Part shown: positions 10,378 through 22,254 of the stretch, piece after piece
How positions within the stretch are numbered: the first letter of the stretch is position 1
Layout of the letters: the number at the start of each line of letters is the position of its first letter
Source of the DNA: Klebsormidium nitens
Lineage: Eukaryota > Plantae > Klebsormidiophyceae
Assembly: GCA_000708835.1 (NCBI GenBank)
Contig: DF237462.1
Coordinates: forward strand, 1-64,000
Length of the DNA: 64,000 nt
Direction: 5' to 3'
Position numbers and translations under genes: made by a program
Notes under the pieces: generated by a model
Told to the model about the DNA's origin: nothing
The model's database searches: none
The model's input: only the letters and a program-made list of their open reading frames with translations

Positions 10378-13300
10378 TTATCCGAGCCCAATGATTGCGT
10401 TTCTTCCTTGCTTTCGTGTGAGCCTGTAATCAACCGTGTCCTGCGCACGCACAATCAAGTAGGCACTTTCAGAATCTAGAAAGCTTCCCGCTCCTTTCTA
10501 CGGCCAGTGCCATAATTCACATACTCACCTTCTTCGCACCCTCATTCTTGGTGGCTTCAAGCACCCGCAGCCTCGAGCGGAGACGGAACACTTCTCCGCC
10601 CAGCACCGTCAGGTTCGCAAGCGCTGCCGCTATTTTCCGGTGCCATACGTCTTGCATTTCAGCCAGGTCCTTCTCGCGCTGCTCCGCCAAATACAGCCGC
10701 TGCGCCTCTTGGTCCGCCCGTTGAGCGCGCGCCCACTCGCTGCGGCTCTCCTCGTTTGCCTTCAGCTCCGCCACCAGCGCCGCGCACTGCGCCTGTATAC
10801 AGCACCGCACAGGCTCGCTCGATAAGATACTCTAATTGGGGTGACATAGATTGATCGTTCCATAAGGATGTCTTGCCTAAGATCGGAATTGTCTGGTGGA
10901 GGACGGGAGCGACGATCCGACTTTTGCTGGTCATGCGCAGGGTGAAGCTGCTCTATGTCGAGCCTTGCTGTGTGCGGTTGTTTTTCTGGGCAAAAACCAC
11001 AGAAGGTGCTTGGGTTTTTGATCTGCGTACCCCTGTGAAGTGCGAAGTCCAGATTTTCAGAGCTTACGCCGCGCCTAGTGCACATGGATAAACGACGAAA
11101 TGACCGAAGAAATGATGATTGCCTTCTGACGCACCGAACAGCGTAGGGCAAAGCTTTCTCCTGGACAAGGCTTTGGCTAAGGAACGCTTTTGATATTTCA
11201 AAACAGCAGTTCAAAGAATCAACCGGGTGTTAGTCTATGCTCAACCTCGAAATCTGTATGACCGAGAGCGGCAAAGCAGAGCATTGGCTCTTTAGTACGC
11301 ATGGCATCCTGGTTGAGATACTTCACTGCAGATCTGTCATCGCCCAAATCAACCGCAGATGGACGAGTGGAGCTCACCTCGGCCGCCTCCTTCTTAAGCG
11401 TCAGGTCATGGATGGCCTTCGCCGCCTCCGCATCGGACGTCAGGATTGCTCCAGTGGCTGCTGGGCCCTTCGTATTCTTCTGCATAAAACGTGAGAAGCT
11501 CTTCCTCATTGTTACATTTGGGCACAAAGGAAGGAAGAATATGACAGCCTATTTGTATAAGCTTCGACGCCATTTCCTTCTTTACGAACGCCTTCAAACA
11601 GGGAGCGGTTTCCACCGATCTCCCGCTTCCGTTCTGCTACTTCTAGACTTCAAAACAAATTCCGGTTCTGAAACGATGCACACAGCGTATTTCTGGTTCT
11701 GACACGGTTCTACAACTTTGAGCACAGTCGCCTCTCTTCAACGCTTTAAAAAGAGAATACATTTCACAAACATGGTCTCGCTTCCATTAACAGGAATGCT
11801 CAAAGCTTGCAATAGAATCTCGATGGTAAAGTCTGGCTCCTCTTTGCTTGTTTGAGTCACTTTATAACATAGAATTTTAGATAACCTGAGCAACCCACAA
11901 ACCACTAAACCAGGCTGGTCGATAAAAGATTGATCGCGGAAATGCTCACCTTCTCCTTGAGCGCGCCGCTGGCCCCGGCCTGGCCCCCCTCGCGCTGCAT
12001 CACCCCCTTGGCCGGGACCGGCGCTGACGTGGTTCCGGATTCTCCGTCGGCACCACTTCCGGGTCCGGTCTTGGGCGCCCCAAATGCCAGTGCTTCCCGG
12101 ACTTGGACCTCCACCTGTTCGATTTCGGCCTCCAACAGCGCCAACTTCTTTTCCGCAGCGCTCGTCACGTCCGCCGAGATCTGTCCACCTTCTTCCTCGG
12201 CACCCGATTCGTCTGACTGCTTCTTCTTCCCCTTCGCGATCTCCATCCGTCTCAACTTTGCATCCGGACCATCGTTTTCGCTTCCCACTTCCTTCTCGAC
12301 GACTACTTTTCTCGCATTTACTGCCGCCAGTCGCTCCTCCTCGTCTGCCAACCGCTTCACGACTACGGCCAACTTGTCCGCTGCCGCCGCCGCCTTCTCC
12401 TCCGCTTCATTCTGTGCAGCTTGCGCCAGCGTGCGCGCAGCCTCCGCCTTCTGTGCCTGTACAACGTAACAAGGCTTTGTGAAAACCTCCTTTGTTCTCT
12501 GGGATGGATCTGCGAATACTATCAAGGTGAAGAGGCAAAACTCTCGTCATCAACTTGGGTTTTCTTTGACGTTCAGAGACGATGTGACATCTGGGAATCA
12601 ACCTGGGATGTTCATCAAAAGAATCATAGGCTTACCGGTTCTTAGTCATCGGTATTTATATGAGTGCTCTACTTCGTCGAAGAGCGCGATTTTGGAACCG
12701 GCTCGAATGTAAGAACGAAAGATCCAATAAGCAGGAGTCGGCTCTGAGAAGACGACTTGCTTTGTGAGCAAGATGGCATGCCAACTGATGAAGCTGGAGT
12801 CAGTGCATTTGAGATACCCAGAATCACAGTCTTAAGGACAGACGGACACGACTCTGTTCGGGAAATAGAGCACGATGTCCTCTGCTTGACCACGGTTGCT
12901 AATGGCTTCCTGTCTGCACACCATTCGTCGAGCGAGCCAAAAAACAGAATCTTCTGGGGCACTGATGGTCTGGAAGCACGAATCTCGTGGCACATAAGCA
13001 GTAGCAACACGCACAAAGGTTTCTTCAGATTGCCCACCTCAGCAGATTCTTGTGCCCGGATGGCCGCCACTTCCTTCTCCTTGTTGTCCAACTCTAGCGC
13101 CGCCAGCCGCAGCATCGCCTCGCGGGCGCGCAGGTCCTCCTCCGCCGCTTTCATCTTCACGTCCAAGTCCCCCAGCCTGACCTCCGCCTGTAGAAATAAC
13201 ACGTCTGCTGAGCACGAGGGTAGAATCATAAGCTGGTTACAGGGGTGCTGAGGTTCTTGGCCACGTGTCGACACGGGCTTAGGTTTTGACGTCGATTCGA

Positions 13301-16300
13301 AATGTTCATATTCTGCTTCGCGTTCGGCCTTATCCTATTCTAGCTTTCTCCTCACTCTTCCCAGATTGATTTTGTAAGATGTGCATCAGTTTTGCGGAGC
13401 AACAAAGAAGAGAACTCTCACGTCGAAATCAAAGGGTACAACACGATGACGTGCTCGCAAGTAGCACCGACACTTTGAGACGCGACTCGAACTCGTGCTG
13501 ATTTTGCTGAAAGCTTCCTCTGAACCTCTTTTTACCCTATTCATTTTTCAGGATCTGGATGGGATATTCAGACTTGGGGTCCGCTCTGAAGCAAAGACGT
13601 TCACAAGAAGCAAACGCGACACGCCGGGCTGGCGCCTGTGAGTGGCTGCGTGCCTTACCTCCTCCCTGAGCTTCTCCTCTTCGCCCGTCAGGTTGTGCGC
13701 AAAGATCTCGCGGGACCACGTCGCGAGATCTGAGTCCGCGTCTTCCGGAAGCTGCAGACGAGCAGATCTTGAGTCAATGGTGACTATCTGGTCTCCCAAC
13801 TAGAGCGAGAAAGAATCTTCCTACTGAATGCTGACGGTAGGGGCCGAAGACAGCTCGAGTGATACATTAGTAGCCATGCTTTCAAGTAGCATGGCCTTTC
13901 CTGTCGCAGATTAAACGCCAGGGGCTCAACTGATTGACCTTAGAAGTTTGGCAATGCAGACCGCACAGGACAAATGTTCATCACCAGTACACGTGTTTTT
14001 AGACACCCTGAACCTGCATGTATCTGGCAGCTGCTGACGTCATGGGATTTTTAGCGCACATTTCGAAAAGATTCGAGAGACAACCGCACATTTCAATCAG
14101 CCTCGGTCTGTGCATTTCGTTCAGGCAGCAATGGGAACGATCCAAAGGAGTACTTGCCAGAAAGTCGAGCGAGTGGCGGCCGAGCGGGAGGACGCCGTGG
14201 GAAGCGATTGGCTCGCGTGAGACGGCTGCGGCGGCGGTGGAAGACGTCGCCAAAGCCGGCGCCGGGCGGGCACTGGGCGGGGAAGCCAGGGCTGATGCGG
14301 CCGCGTGTGGGGCGGGGCCGCCCGCGATCAGGCCGAACGCCGGCTGCACCGCGACGCCGCCAGCCGCGGTCCCAGTCCTGCTGCTTTCCGTCGAGGCACT
14401 CTGCCGGCCCTTCTGCAGGCAAAAATCGGAATTTGAGAGGCTTACTGGGAGCTTGAACCTATGGAGAGACTCGAAGGAAAGCAACTTTTATAAATTTTGA
14501 AACGGAACGGAAAGTACCCTTTAACTGTTGAGTTGTCAATGCCTCCACGGTTTTTGACGTTTTCCTTCCCATCCCATCCAGGACACCTTTAGCAAGAAAA
14601 ACAGTTTAGAAAACCTAAAGCACCCCCAAAAAACTCGGAAAGATTTCAACCTTCCAGCCCTCCTTCTTGACCTCAATCTTTATAGCACGATTAGCCTTTT
14701 TCTGGCATCTCGACATCCTGTGCCAAAGCTTTCAAGGGGGCCATATTTACTGGAAATTGGAAGATTATCTGCATTTACCACACAAAAGTACTCAGATAAT
14801 AAGATAACATTCAAACAAGTCATCCAATCAATTTCTCACACTTTTGAAAAGGTTCTTGCAAAACCAAGCTTGCGAAATTGCCACCTACCTTCGATCCATT
14901 CGCAGGGAGCAGCTCGCCCTTCCGTGCAGTTGTTGAGCGGGACGCCGCCTTGCTGGCCTTCGTCGAAAGGTCTCCCGGCGACTTTGCTCCCAAGTCAGAG
15001 GCAGCGGTTGGGCTGCGGAAGGAGGTGGATGTCGCCCTGGCCAGCTTGGGGGTGGAATCTGAGGCCGCGGTAGAACTTCCCCGGCGCGAAGGAGGTGAGG
15101 CGGGGGAGCCGGCTGCGGTGCTCGACGCCCGGGCGCGCGAGACAGAGGGAGGAGGCGGGGAGAAGGTAGGGACTCTCCGTGCAGACGGGGGTGCGCGAGC
15201 AGACAGTGTGTTGGCTGGAGTAGAAGTTGGGGGGGACAACGTGCGAGCGCGGACCGTGGAGGAGGCGGTAGGGGAGAATGCGCCCGAAGTCGCAGGCGCG
15301 CGCGTCAGGGGGCGCCCGCGTGCCGGGGGAGATGACACCTAGAGTAGAGCGTGATCGTCAGAAATTCCTGCAGATTATGATAAAAGATTTTTATGAACGA
15401 CACATTTCTGAAAAACGACGTATCAAGAAGAGTGCTCTGATCTGGGCCAGCTGCTTTCAGTATATTGGCTGCGTCTGCGCAGATCTGGTTGTAGGATATG
15501 CTGAATCACTTTGCAGTGCTTCTCAAAAGTTTGAATGCATAAGAGCAACCTACTGTCCTCCACTATGTGACAGCTGACGTGGAGATTCTGGGTCGATGAT
15601 GTGCTTCAAAAACATTTATCGTGGTGCTTGAGACATTTAACCTGAGAGGAACAGACAGGTATCAATGATAACTTTCAGAACGAGCATAATGGTTTTGTGC
15701 ATCAACACCTGCATCAAATCACTACATCAGTCTCCAATCAGCCAACGATCATCAAAATGATCCTCGAGACTTGAATATGGGCCCTTCGTAGCGTCTCTTA
15801 TAGTGGTTCTGGTATCGATGGCTTTGAAGAAACACGTGTACTGCAATGATCCCAGCTAACAGGCAAGACAGAAGGATCCCTATGCTTTCCTAAGCTGCTT
15901 CGAAATTCAGCACCTCGAGATTTCAGAACGCGACACTCCTCCGAGGATCTTTCGGAATTGCAGTAGCTTCTGCAAAGCCTTGTAGATTCTTCAGGCCATT
16001 GCCTAATGAAGCTCTGTTGTTGCCTTCGAACCCCCTGAATTGTCTGATTGCGAAATGAAATCAACAAGCAAGGTTTTTCGAAGGCCTCACAAACCAATTG
16101 AAGCAAGGATGTAAACAAATTTTAATTTGCTAGAGGCACCCAGAAAGCACACTTTCCAAGGGCACAAAAACGATTGACACCTCCAGACCTCTTGCTATTT
16201 TCTATATCTTACGAGCAAGTGACTTGCCTGAGTCTGCTTGGCCCTAACAGATCCAGTCTGTGGCTCCATCCTTGCACGAGATGAGGTATCCCCCTTGACT

Positions 16301-16344
16301 TTCTTCACTTCTTCAGAGCGGCTTGGTATCACGATGTTCTTCAT
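10378..16344 (-). CDS. Coiled-coil gene A (CC-A): Ser/Pro/Thr/Arg-rich N-half and long coiled-coil C-half, function unknown
   Basis: An in-frame chain of phase-0 exons 15338-14889, 14412-14158 (GC donor), 13751-13659, 13187-13038, 12456-11950, 11479-11378, 10792-10529 and 10440-10378 gives about 627 codons with no stop. A probable upstream exon runs from ATG 16344 to 16228 (GC donor). Linking exon(s) at 15.4-16.1 kb are unresolved. Confidence 0.65.
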
Positions 16345-16849
16345 TTCTGCTTCCTTGCACACAGAAGGAGTAAGCAGTTGAAATAATTTTGGGATCCAAA
16401 TTGAGTCAATTGAATCAAACTGCAGTAAGTTTCATGCATCTTCTCATATGCCACTCAACTGCGGAATCTGCAGAATCTGCTAAATCTACATGAGCGTGTA
16501 ACATGCAGAGAAGCAGCAAACTCTCTGAAATCTGGCATGAAATTTCAGACCCCGTGCCCAATGTCCAACCTAACTTCCACAGTCTACCATAATCCTGCTT
16601 TGACTGATCTACCTTTCAGCCCCATCCTTATCTGTCCAAGATGCCAAGTTTAAGCAGAGTCGAAAGAGCAACCAGGAAACCATGCAACTGACCATCCACC
16701 TAGAATCTGCAAGAAGTGAGAACAGGCAAGAATTTTAGCTTACCTCCAGGTCCTGAAGGAGGTCTGCCAGATCTTATTATGATGAAAGCAAATCAACTGC
16801 CAAGACCTCGCGCGCCTTTTGGGCAGAACAGGTTATCTAGTACTTGCTG

Positions 16850-19800
16850 TGAAGAATGCACGAAGAGCGAGATAAGTGCAAGCCGCATCTATCGAAGCAC
16901 TAGCTCTCAGAATTGGTACCAAGGGCGGAAGTTCGGAAAGGAACCCCGGGCAAAGATTGCTCAACCTCTGAACCAATCTGAATATTGCCTAGAGGGACAA
17001 AAAGAGGCCTCGCTCACAGAGCTTTCCTTCCGCTTCAGCCTTCGAAATGCTTTCCAAGTTGCCGCCTAGATAAAGAGCTAAGATATCCTCGAAGGTCTGA
17101 CGGTGAACTCTTTGAAGGAGGACCGGATCGTCCCTGCGCTGGTTGGTGGGTTCCAAGCGACCACTTAACGGAAGCTTTGCCCTTCGTCACAATTTGCATT
17201 GAGGTACTGCTTCGAGCAAGCGTTTCAACTCGAACATTCCTCGGTTCTTCACGGTTCAAGATGACAATCACCAGTTTCAGTCATTGCCTGCCACCAGGCT
17301 CTCGTGTGCGCAATCAAGGTCTTCCCTCGCAACCAATCAACCTTCGCCACGTTGTCCGCAGTGCGCGATATCCAAGATTTGCAAAATCATGGCTAGGTGC
17401 TAGCAGTTTCCGCAGACTCTCAATAGGTCTCTTCAATCATGTTGATGCTTGTTGAGGGCGATATGTCTTTAAGCTGCAGTCCGCAGACCAGATATTGCAG
17501 GCGGGTAAGCGCGAACTGGCGTCTGGCAAACGGCACTGCAGAACCCTCACCGCAAGGCCGTGCTTGCTGAGAGCTGTAGGCGAAGCGCCTGAGAACCTTG
17601 CACGAAGTGTTTCATTTTCTTGCTTGCGCTCGTCGATCGTCTGATGTTCGAGATACCATGAAACATCGCAATATCGGGGGCCTTAACAGTGTGAAGCTTT
17701 TGTGCACTGGATCCTTGATATGGCCTCTCAGTGCATCGACCATCTATAACAGATGTAGAAGAAGTCCATGCTTTCAATACAACGTGATGCACAACCGACA
17801 AACAGCAACGCGACATGGACAGCTGCATGCCAAGGATGCGCGGTTTATTTTTCACATCTGCATGTCCAGACTATATTCAAGCTCATAGAGCCAACCGTCC
17901 GGATTAAATTGCATGAAGCTAGAAAGATGAAAATCGAGGATCCAAAAGCAAGAGTGCATATACAATAAGGCCCACGAAGACTTCGGCCGCCGCGTTAGAA
18001 TACGTCGGACCTTTCTTTGATGTCTGCCCGTCATACATGCAATGAGAAAGAACCGCGGACTTATTATAATCTGGCTTTAAGTAGTACCTCCGCAGGGCCA
18101 GTTCGCTTGTTTCGTCCTGATGCTCATAAAATCCGCCATGCTTGCGGTACGTTTCGACTCGTGACTTCAAGTAAAGCGAGTGATTGACTCCAATACATGC
18201 GTTTGGACTTCCAGTTTTAGAAGCACACTAAATGATTGTTCCGCACGTTTAGTTCCGGTAGCAGCTGAGGTGGGTCAAGCCGAATTCTAAGGCTTCATTG
18301 AGGCCGCCGCCTTCGTCCACTTCGCAATACGTGCCCTCGTCTGAATGTTTGGGGTAGCCATTCGCAAGTCAGTGACAACTTTAGACCGCTTATCTCTGTC
18401 TTTAAATACCTACGGAATTAGTCTTCAGGAGCAGTTGCCGCTGCTCCTTCCTAGATTCCTACCATTTCCGTGTACACAGTACGCTGGCAGTTTGTCCAAA
18501 ATGAAGTCAGGAAGCTTTCCTTCCAGAGGCGCAGGCTCGCCATCTTCTTCCTGATGGTGGCAACTGCAAAGCAGAGGATGGCGAGGCTCTGTCAGGACGG
18601 CTGGCCTTCTGAGAGAGGCCTCACCGGGTTTTTTAAAAATGAAAATGGGTCCCAGGTTCATGAGCAGACAAATAGGGGAGTTGCCCTCGAGCAGATAAAC
18701 GGACGAATCGTTAGCTCCTTGAGCGAACATTATCTCCACACTGAGTGAGAGCAGCAGGAAAGGAAGTTTTCTGTCACGAAGCCCCTCGTCGAGAGCACAC
18801 CAAGACAGTGTTCGGCGTCCGGTCTCTGGTTCCCGTGAGGCTGAGTCTGAAAGCTACAGCGCCTCCGGTTTGTTGAGCAATTAATGTTAACGAGGGAGAA
18901 GAGGCCAACGGCCAAAGCGACTGTGAACGTTGCCAAGTTGAATGAAAGGGGTTCCCGACATGACTGCATTTCGGCAGCTTCGCTCACTGTTCGCTGTTCC
19001 TAAAACATGTCAGACACAGAAGTTTGGGCAAATGGACGACGAACTGCATCTCTGTCCGTTGACAATCAGCGAGCTCCCAAGTCTCACCACGTTCTCGTCG
19101 AGCCTCCAAGGCGCCCACGTGCTCCTTCGCTTGCACCACGGGCTTGCACGTGGCAGAAATAGAACAGTAATGATTACGTTCCGCTCTTGCTGTAATCTCA
19201 AAATAATTTTGTAACGGTCCAGGTCGCTTCTGATAGGTTCTTACAATTCAGGTCGTGTTTGGAGGATACATCTCTTAATTAATTCAGCGCTAGAGCGCCG
19301 TGCTGCTGAAGAAAGCTCGTGTTTCCAAGTACTGTCCTTTCCAAGGGCAGAAAGACTTCTTTCTTTCATGGCCCCGGCATCGGACTCCATAAGTGACAAG
19401 TCGCGCGCGGCGCACCAATGGTTGAACGCCTTGTTGTAAGCCGGCAAAGATTTGTCCAGAATCCAGTAAGCGCTTGACCGCCACAATACCAAAGAGGATA
19501 TGTCGAAAGCGAAGACTGTGATGAACGACTGTTCAACCTGCACACGAATTATCTTCTTCACTTGGCATTCATGACGACGATATCGTAGAAGCAGAAGCCA
19601 CGGTCTTTCTGCTCATCTCTGTCAGAGCGCTCTACCACTGCGCAAGGGTGTCGAGGCGAACTTTTGCGAGGAACTTTTGAAGCCCAAGTCTTAGTACGTT
19701 GATTTCCGGAGTCTGAAGCGCTTCACCTGGACGAGAGGACGGCTTATCTACAAGACTGCGGCACTGTGTCCATCGCCAGCGGCAGAGCTGCAGCGCCACC

Positions 19801-21400
19801 TGCTAGAATGCCTCGTCCTCCAGAGCGATCGCGTTCGGTTCTACCTAGCCCTGAACACTGCCTCTATGCGACAGCGGCGACCTGGTTCCAAAGGGCAGAA
19901 AGGGGCCCCCAGCTTGGCACGGCTGTGCGCTGTGTGGGCGTGCCTGCACAGGGTTTTGTAAGGCAATAGATAATGGGCAATACTGTTGTGGAATGGTCGC
20001 TCGAGACGTCTTACTCGGTATGAAAGGTGATCGCTCTGCAGAGTGGTCCACTCCTCAGGGAATCAGAGACGGAAAAGCACTTCCGAGGGGTTTTGAAGCA
20101 GAATTGGATAAGATGTCCTCTCTTAGCGAACAAATGTACGGCTGCGAGGGTATAGAGATTGACTTATCTTGGCAATTACAAAGACATTTGACGACTTCAG
20201 AGAAACCGAAAAAAACAAAAGATCGATTGAAAAATGAAGACGTTGAGTATCGGAGCAAACCCATGGTGGGCAGCCTTGGCGAAGATTACGGCAATGAAGC
20301 CCAGGATAGCTCAGCATGTATTAATGCAAGAGGAATGTTCCCTGCCCCAATCAGTGTCGAGACAACGGCACTTCTGCTCACTGACAACCATGCTCATAGG
20401 TCGCGAGATGATTGTGTCTATTGAGGACCGAAAAGGAAGAACAAGCTTACAGTCAAATGCACTAACGCTGCATGCAAATGGTTCCAGCAAGGTCCACACG
20501 AGCTGCTTCAGAGTGCTCTTTTCGCAGACCCTTGCGCTGTATGCTGCCGGTGGACTTAGGCGGAGCGAATCGTGAGACGACGTGCAAGCGGCAGCTGGAA
20601 CCGCCACGCTGCGACTTCCATGTGGCTTCCTCACCTTGCACATGGGCAAATCCGCGAGTATCTTGATTGCGCCTAAGGGGTTGCAAGCACGTGCCTGCGC
20701 TAGCCCCGATTTGACCTGGAACAACGCCTGGGCGAGCATTCCAAACACGCGAAGCTGACCTGCAAGAATATCAACAAATTAGCAGTTATGCTTGAGCTGC
20801 AAGGTTCTACTGTGGGCTCTCTATCAGCTGCACTGGGAGGGGCTTGCTGAAGTGTGTCAGCGCAATCGTTGACTTATACTCATTACTGCCCTTTTCCCTG
20901 CCAAGGCCCTGCCCTCTCAACCTTCTCATTGAAGATGGTTTTCTGTGGGGCAATCAAACAGCTCGCAACGAAGGTTATGTTTCACGCCATTCATGACCCG
21001 GAATCACGTCCTCATTCCTGGGGCCTCTGTTCTGGGGCACAGAAATGCTTGGAAGCATCAAGCATTTGCGGGTATGGCGAGGACTACATGCCAAACTGCT
21101 GCCTGAAAACAAGGCAAGTCGACGACAAGCAAAGGTGAGACTCTATCCAGAACAAAAAGCGGTCCCGATTTTATGCTGGCCCGCCCGAAGGACTCGCAAT
21201 GGCCGGCCTCCTGGAGAGCTAAATTGCTGAGGTCATCATCACGCCCATCAACCCGCGCCGCCTGTCAAGTGCCGCCCACCTCAACATTGCTGACGTCATC
21301 ACCGCCATTTTCCTGCTCTTGCCTGCTCAAAGTGCTGATCACATGACGAGCTTGGGAAGCCATGCATGGGGAGGTGGCTTTTCATGAAACACGGAACTGC
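16850..21400 (-). pseudogene. Decayed coding block Y2 upstream of CC-A
   Basis: Protein-like fragments (17919-18170, 18425-18739, 19241-19561, exon 20635-20759) are separated by stops and frameshifts, for example YDIVVMNAK/VKKIIRVQ near 19565. Segment 16850-17300 is clearly similar in sequence to 30500-30960. Confidence 0.45.
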
Positions 21401-21826
21401 TTGAGGGTAATTGGCTTTTTGAGAGATCTGCAGATGCACGGAGAGGACACTGGTGTGTAGCTCGCACCAATGCAGCTTGTCCTGAGGAGGGGGTCCCGTG
21501 ACGGCTTGTGCATCACAGGCGGCCCTTCAGCTGGTGGGATAGAAGCAAGATGTGAGTGTGATGCACATACTAGACTGTCTACTATTTAGGACTTTGTCCA
21601 CCCTCACCTGAGGCGTTGGCCTGGCAGGGTCCATTCTTTGCGCTTTTTGAGACGGCGCTTGGTCCACTAGGCCGAGCGCGAGTGGGCGGGGATTCCATGC
21701 GCGCCACCGTGTTGTGCTTTTCTGTTGGAACACCAGATGGAACAGAGCCTAAAGGTTGAAGGTAGACCAAGCGCAAAGTTCTCCCTGACCTCCATTTGGT
21801 CCATATTGCATTTCCGGCCAAAAGGA

Positions 21827-22254
21827 GGGATCCCCTAACAGAGTGGAAGGTGACGTGTCCCATGTTGGTCACTGTCAACCAATCCGAGTCATCCGATCCT
21901 GTCTAGGTGGCACCTCTGGTACCCACCGTAACAGCTTGCTTGCTAAAATGGTACCGTACCTTCGGTACCCTCTGCGCGAGGCCAGGGCACCGACTTTGAG
22001 CCGCACTGAGCCTCACTGCCCTCAGGATGAGATATAGAGGCAGCTGCAAAGTTGCTTCTTCACAACTTTCACTTCCTCGGAAGCAAGTTGTGTTTTAGCG
22101 CTCTGGCGCCCAGGCGATCTTTGGCGATCAGCGATCAGCATTGTGCGACCAGCTTTCAGTGGTCAGCGTTCAGCGACCAGCGATCTCTGTAGGGGCTAGG
22201 AGAGTTTAGGAGATAGAGCGCTTCCTGCTCCAGAGCATTCCATTGCTCTGCAGC
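21827..22254 (+). promoter_or_regulatory. Conserved upstream/5' leader block of F-box/LRR paralog 3
   Basis: GGGATCCC 21827-21834, TGACGTGT 21851-21858, CCAATCCGAGTC from 21879, GGTACCGTACCTTCGGTACC, TATAGAG near 22033, hairpin 22063-22090, and 7-mer array. Confidence 0.7.

Noticed and set aside
11930-12469. Long + strand ORFs at 11930-12469, 14878-15342, 26822-27448, 28575-28964, 48767-49177 and 51688-52506
   Set aside because: These are antisense shadows of GC-rich minus-strand exons that have proper splice sites.
18060-18150. 2OG-Fe(II) dioxygenase-like HxD in YRKHGGFYEHQD
   Set aside because: The next His is only about 24 residues away, too close for the fold, and the fragment lies in a decayed region.
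21664-21675. tRNA A-box-like CGGCCTAGTGG on the - strand
   Set aside because: There is no B-box and no cloverleaf.
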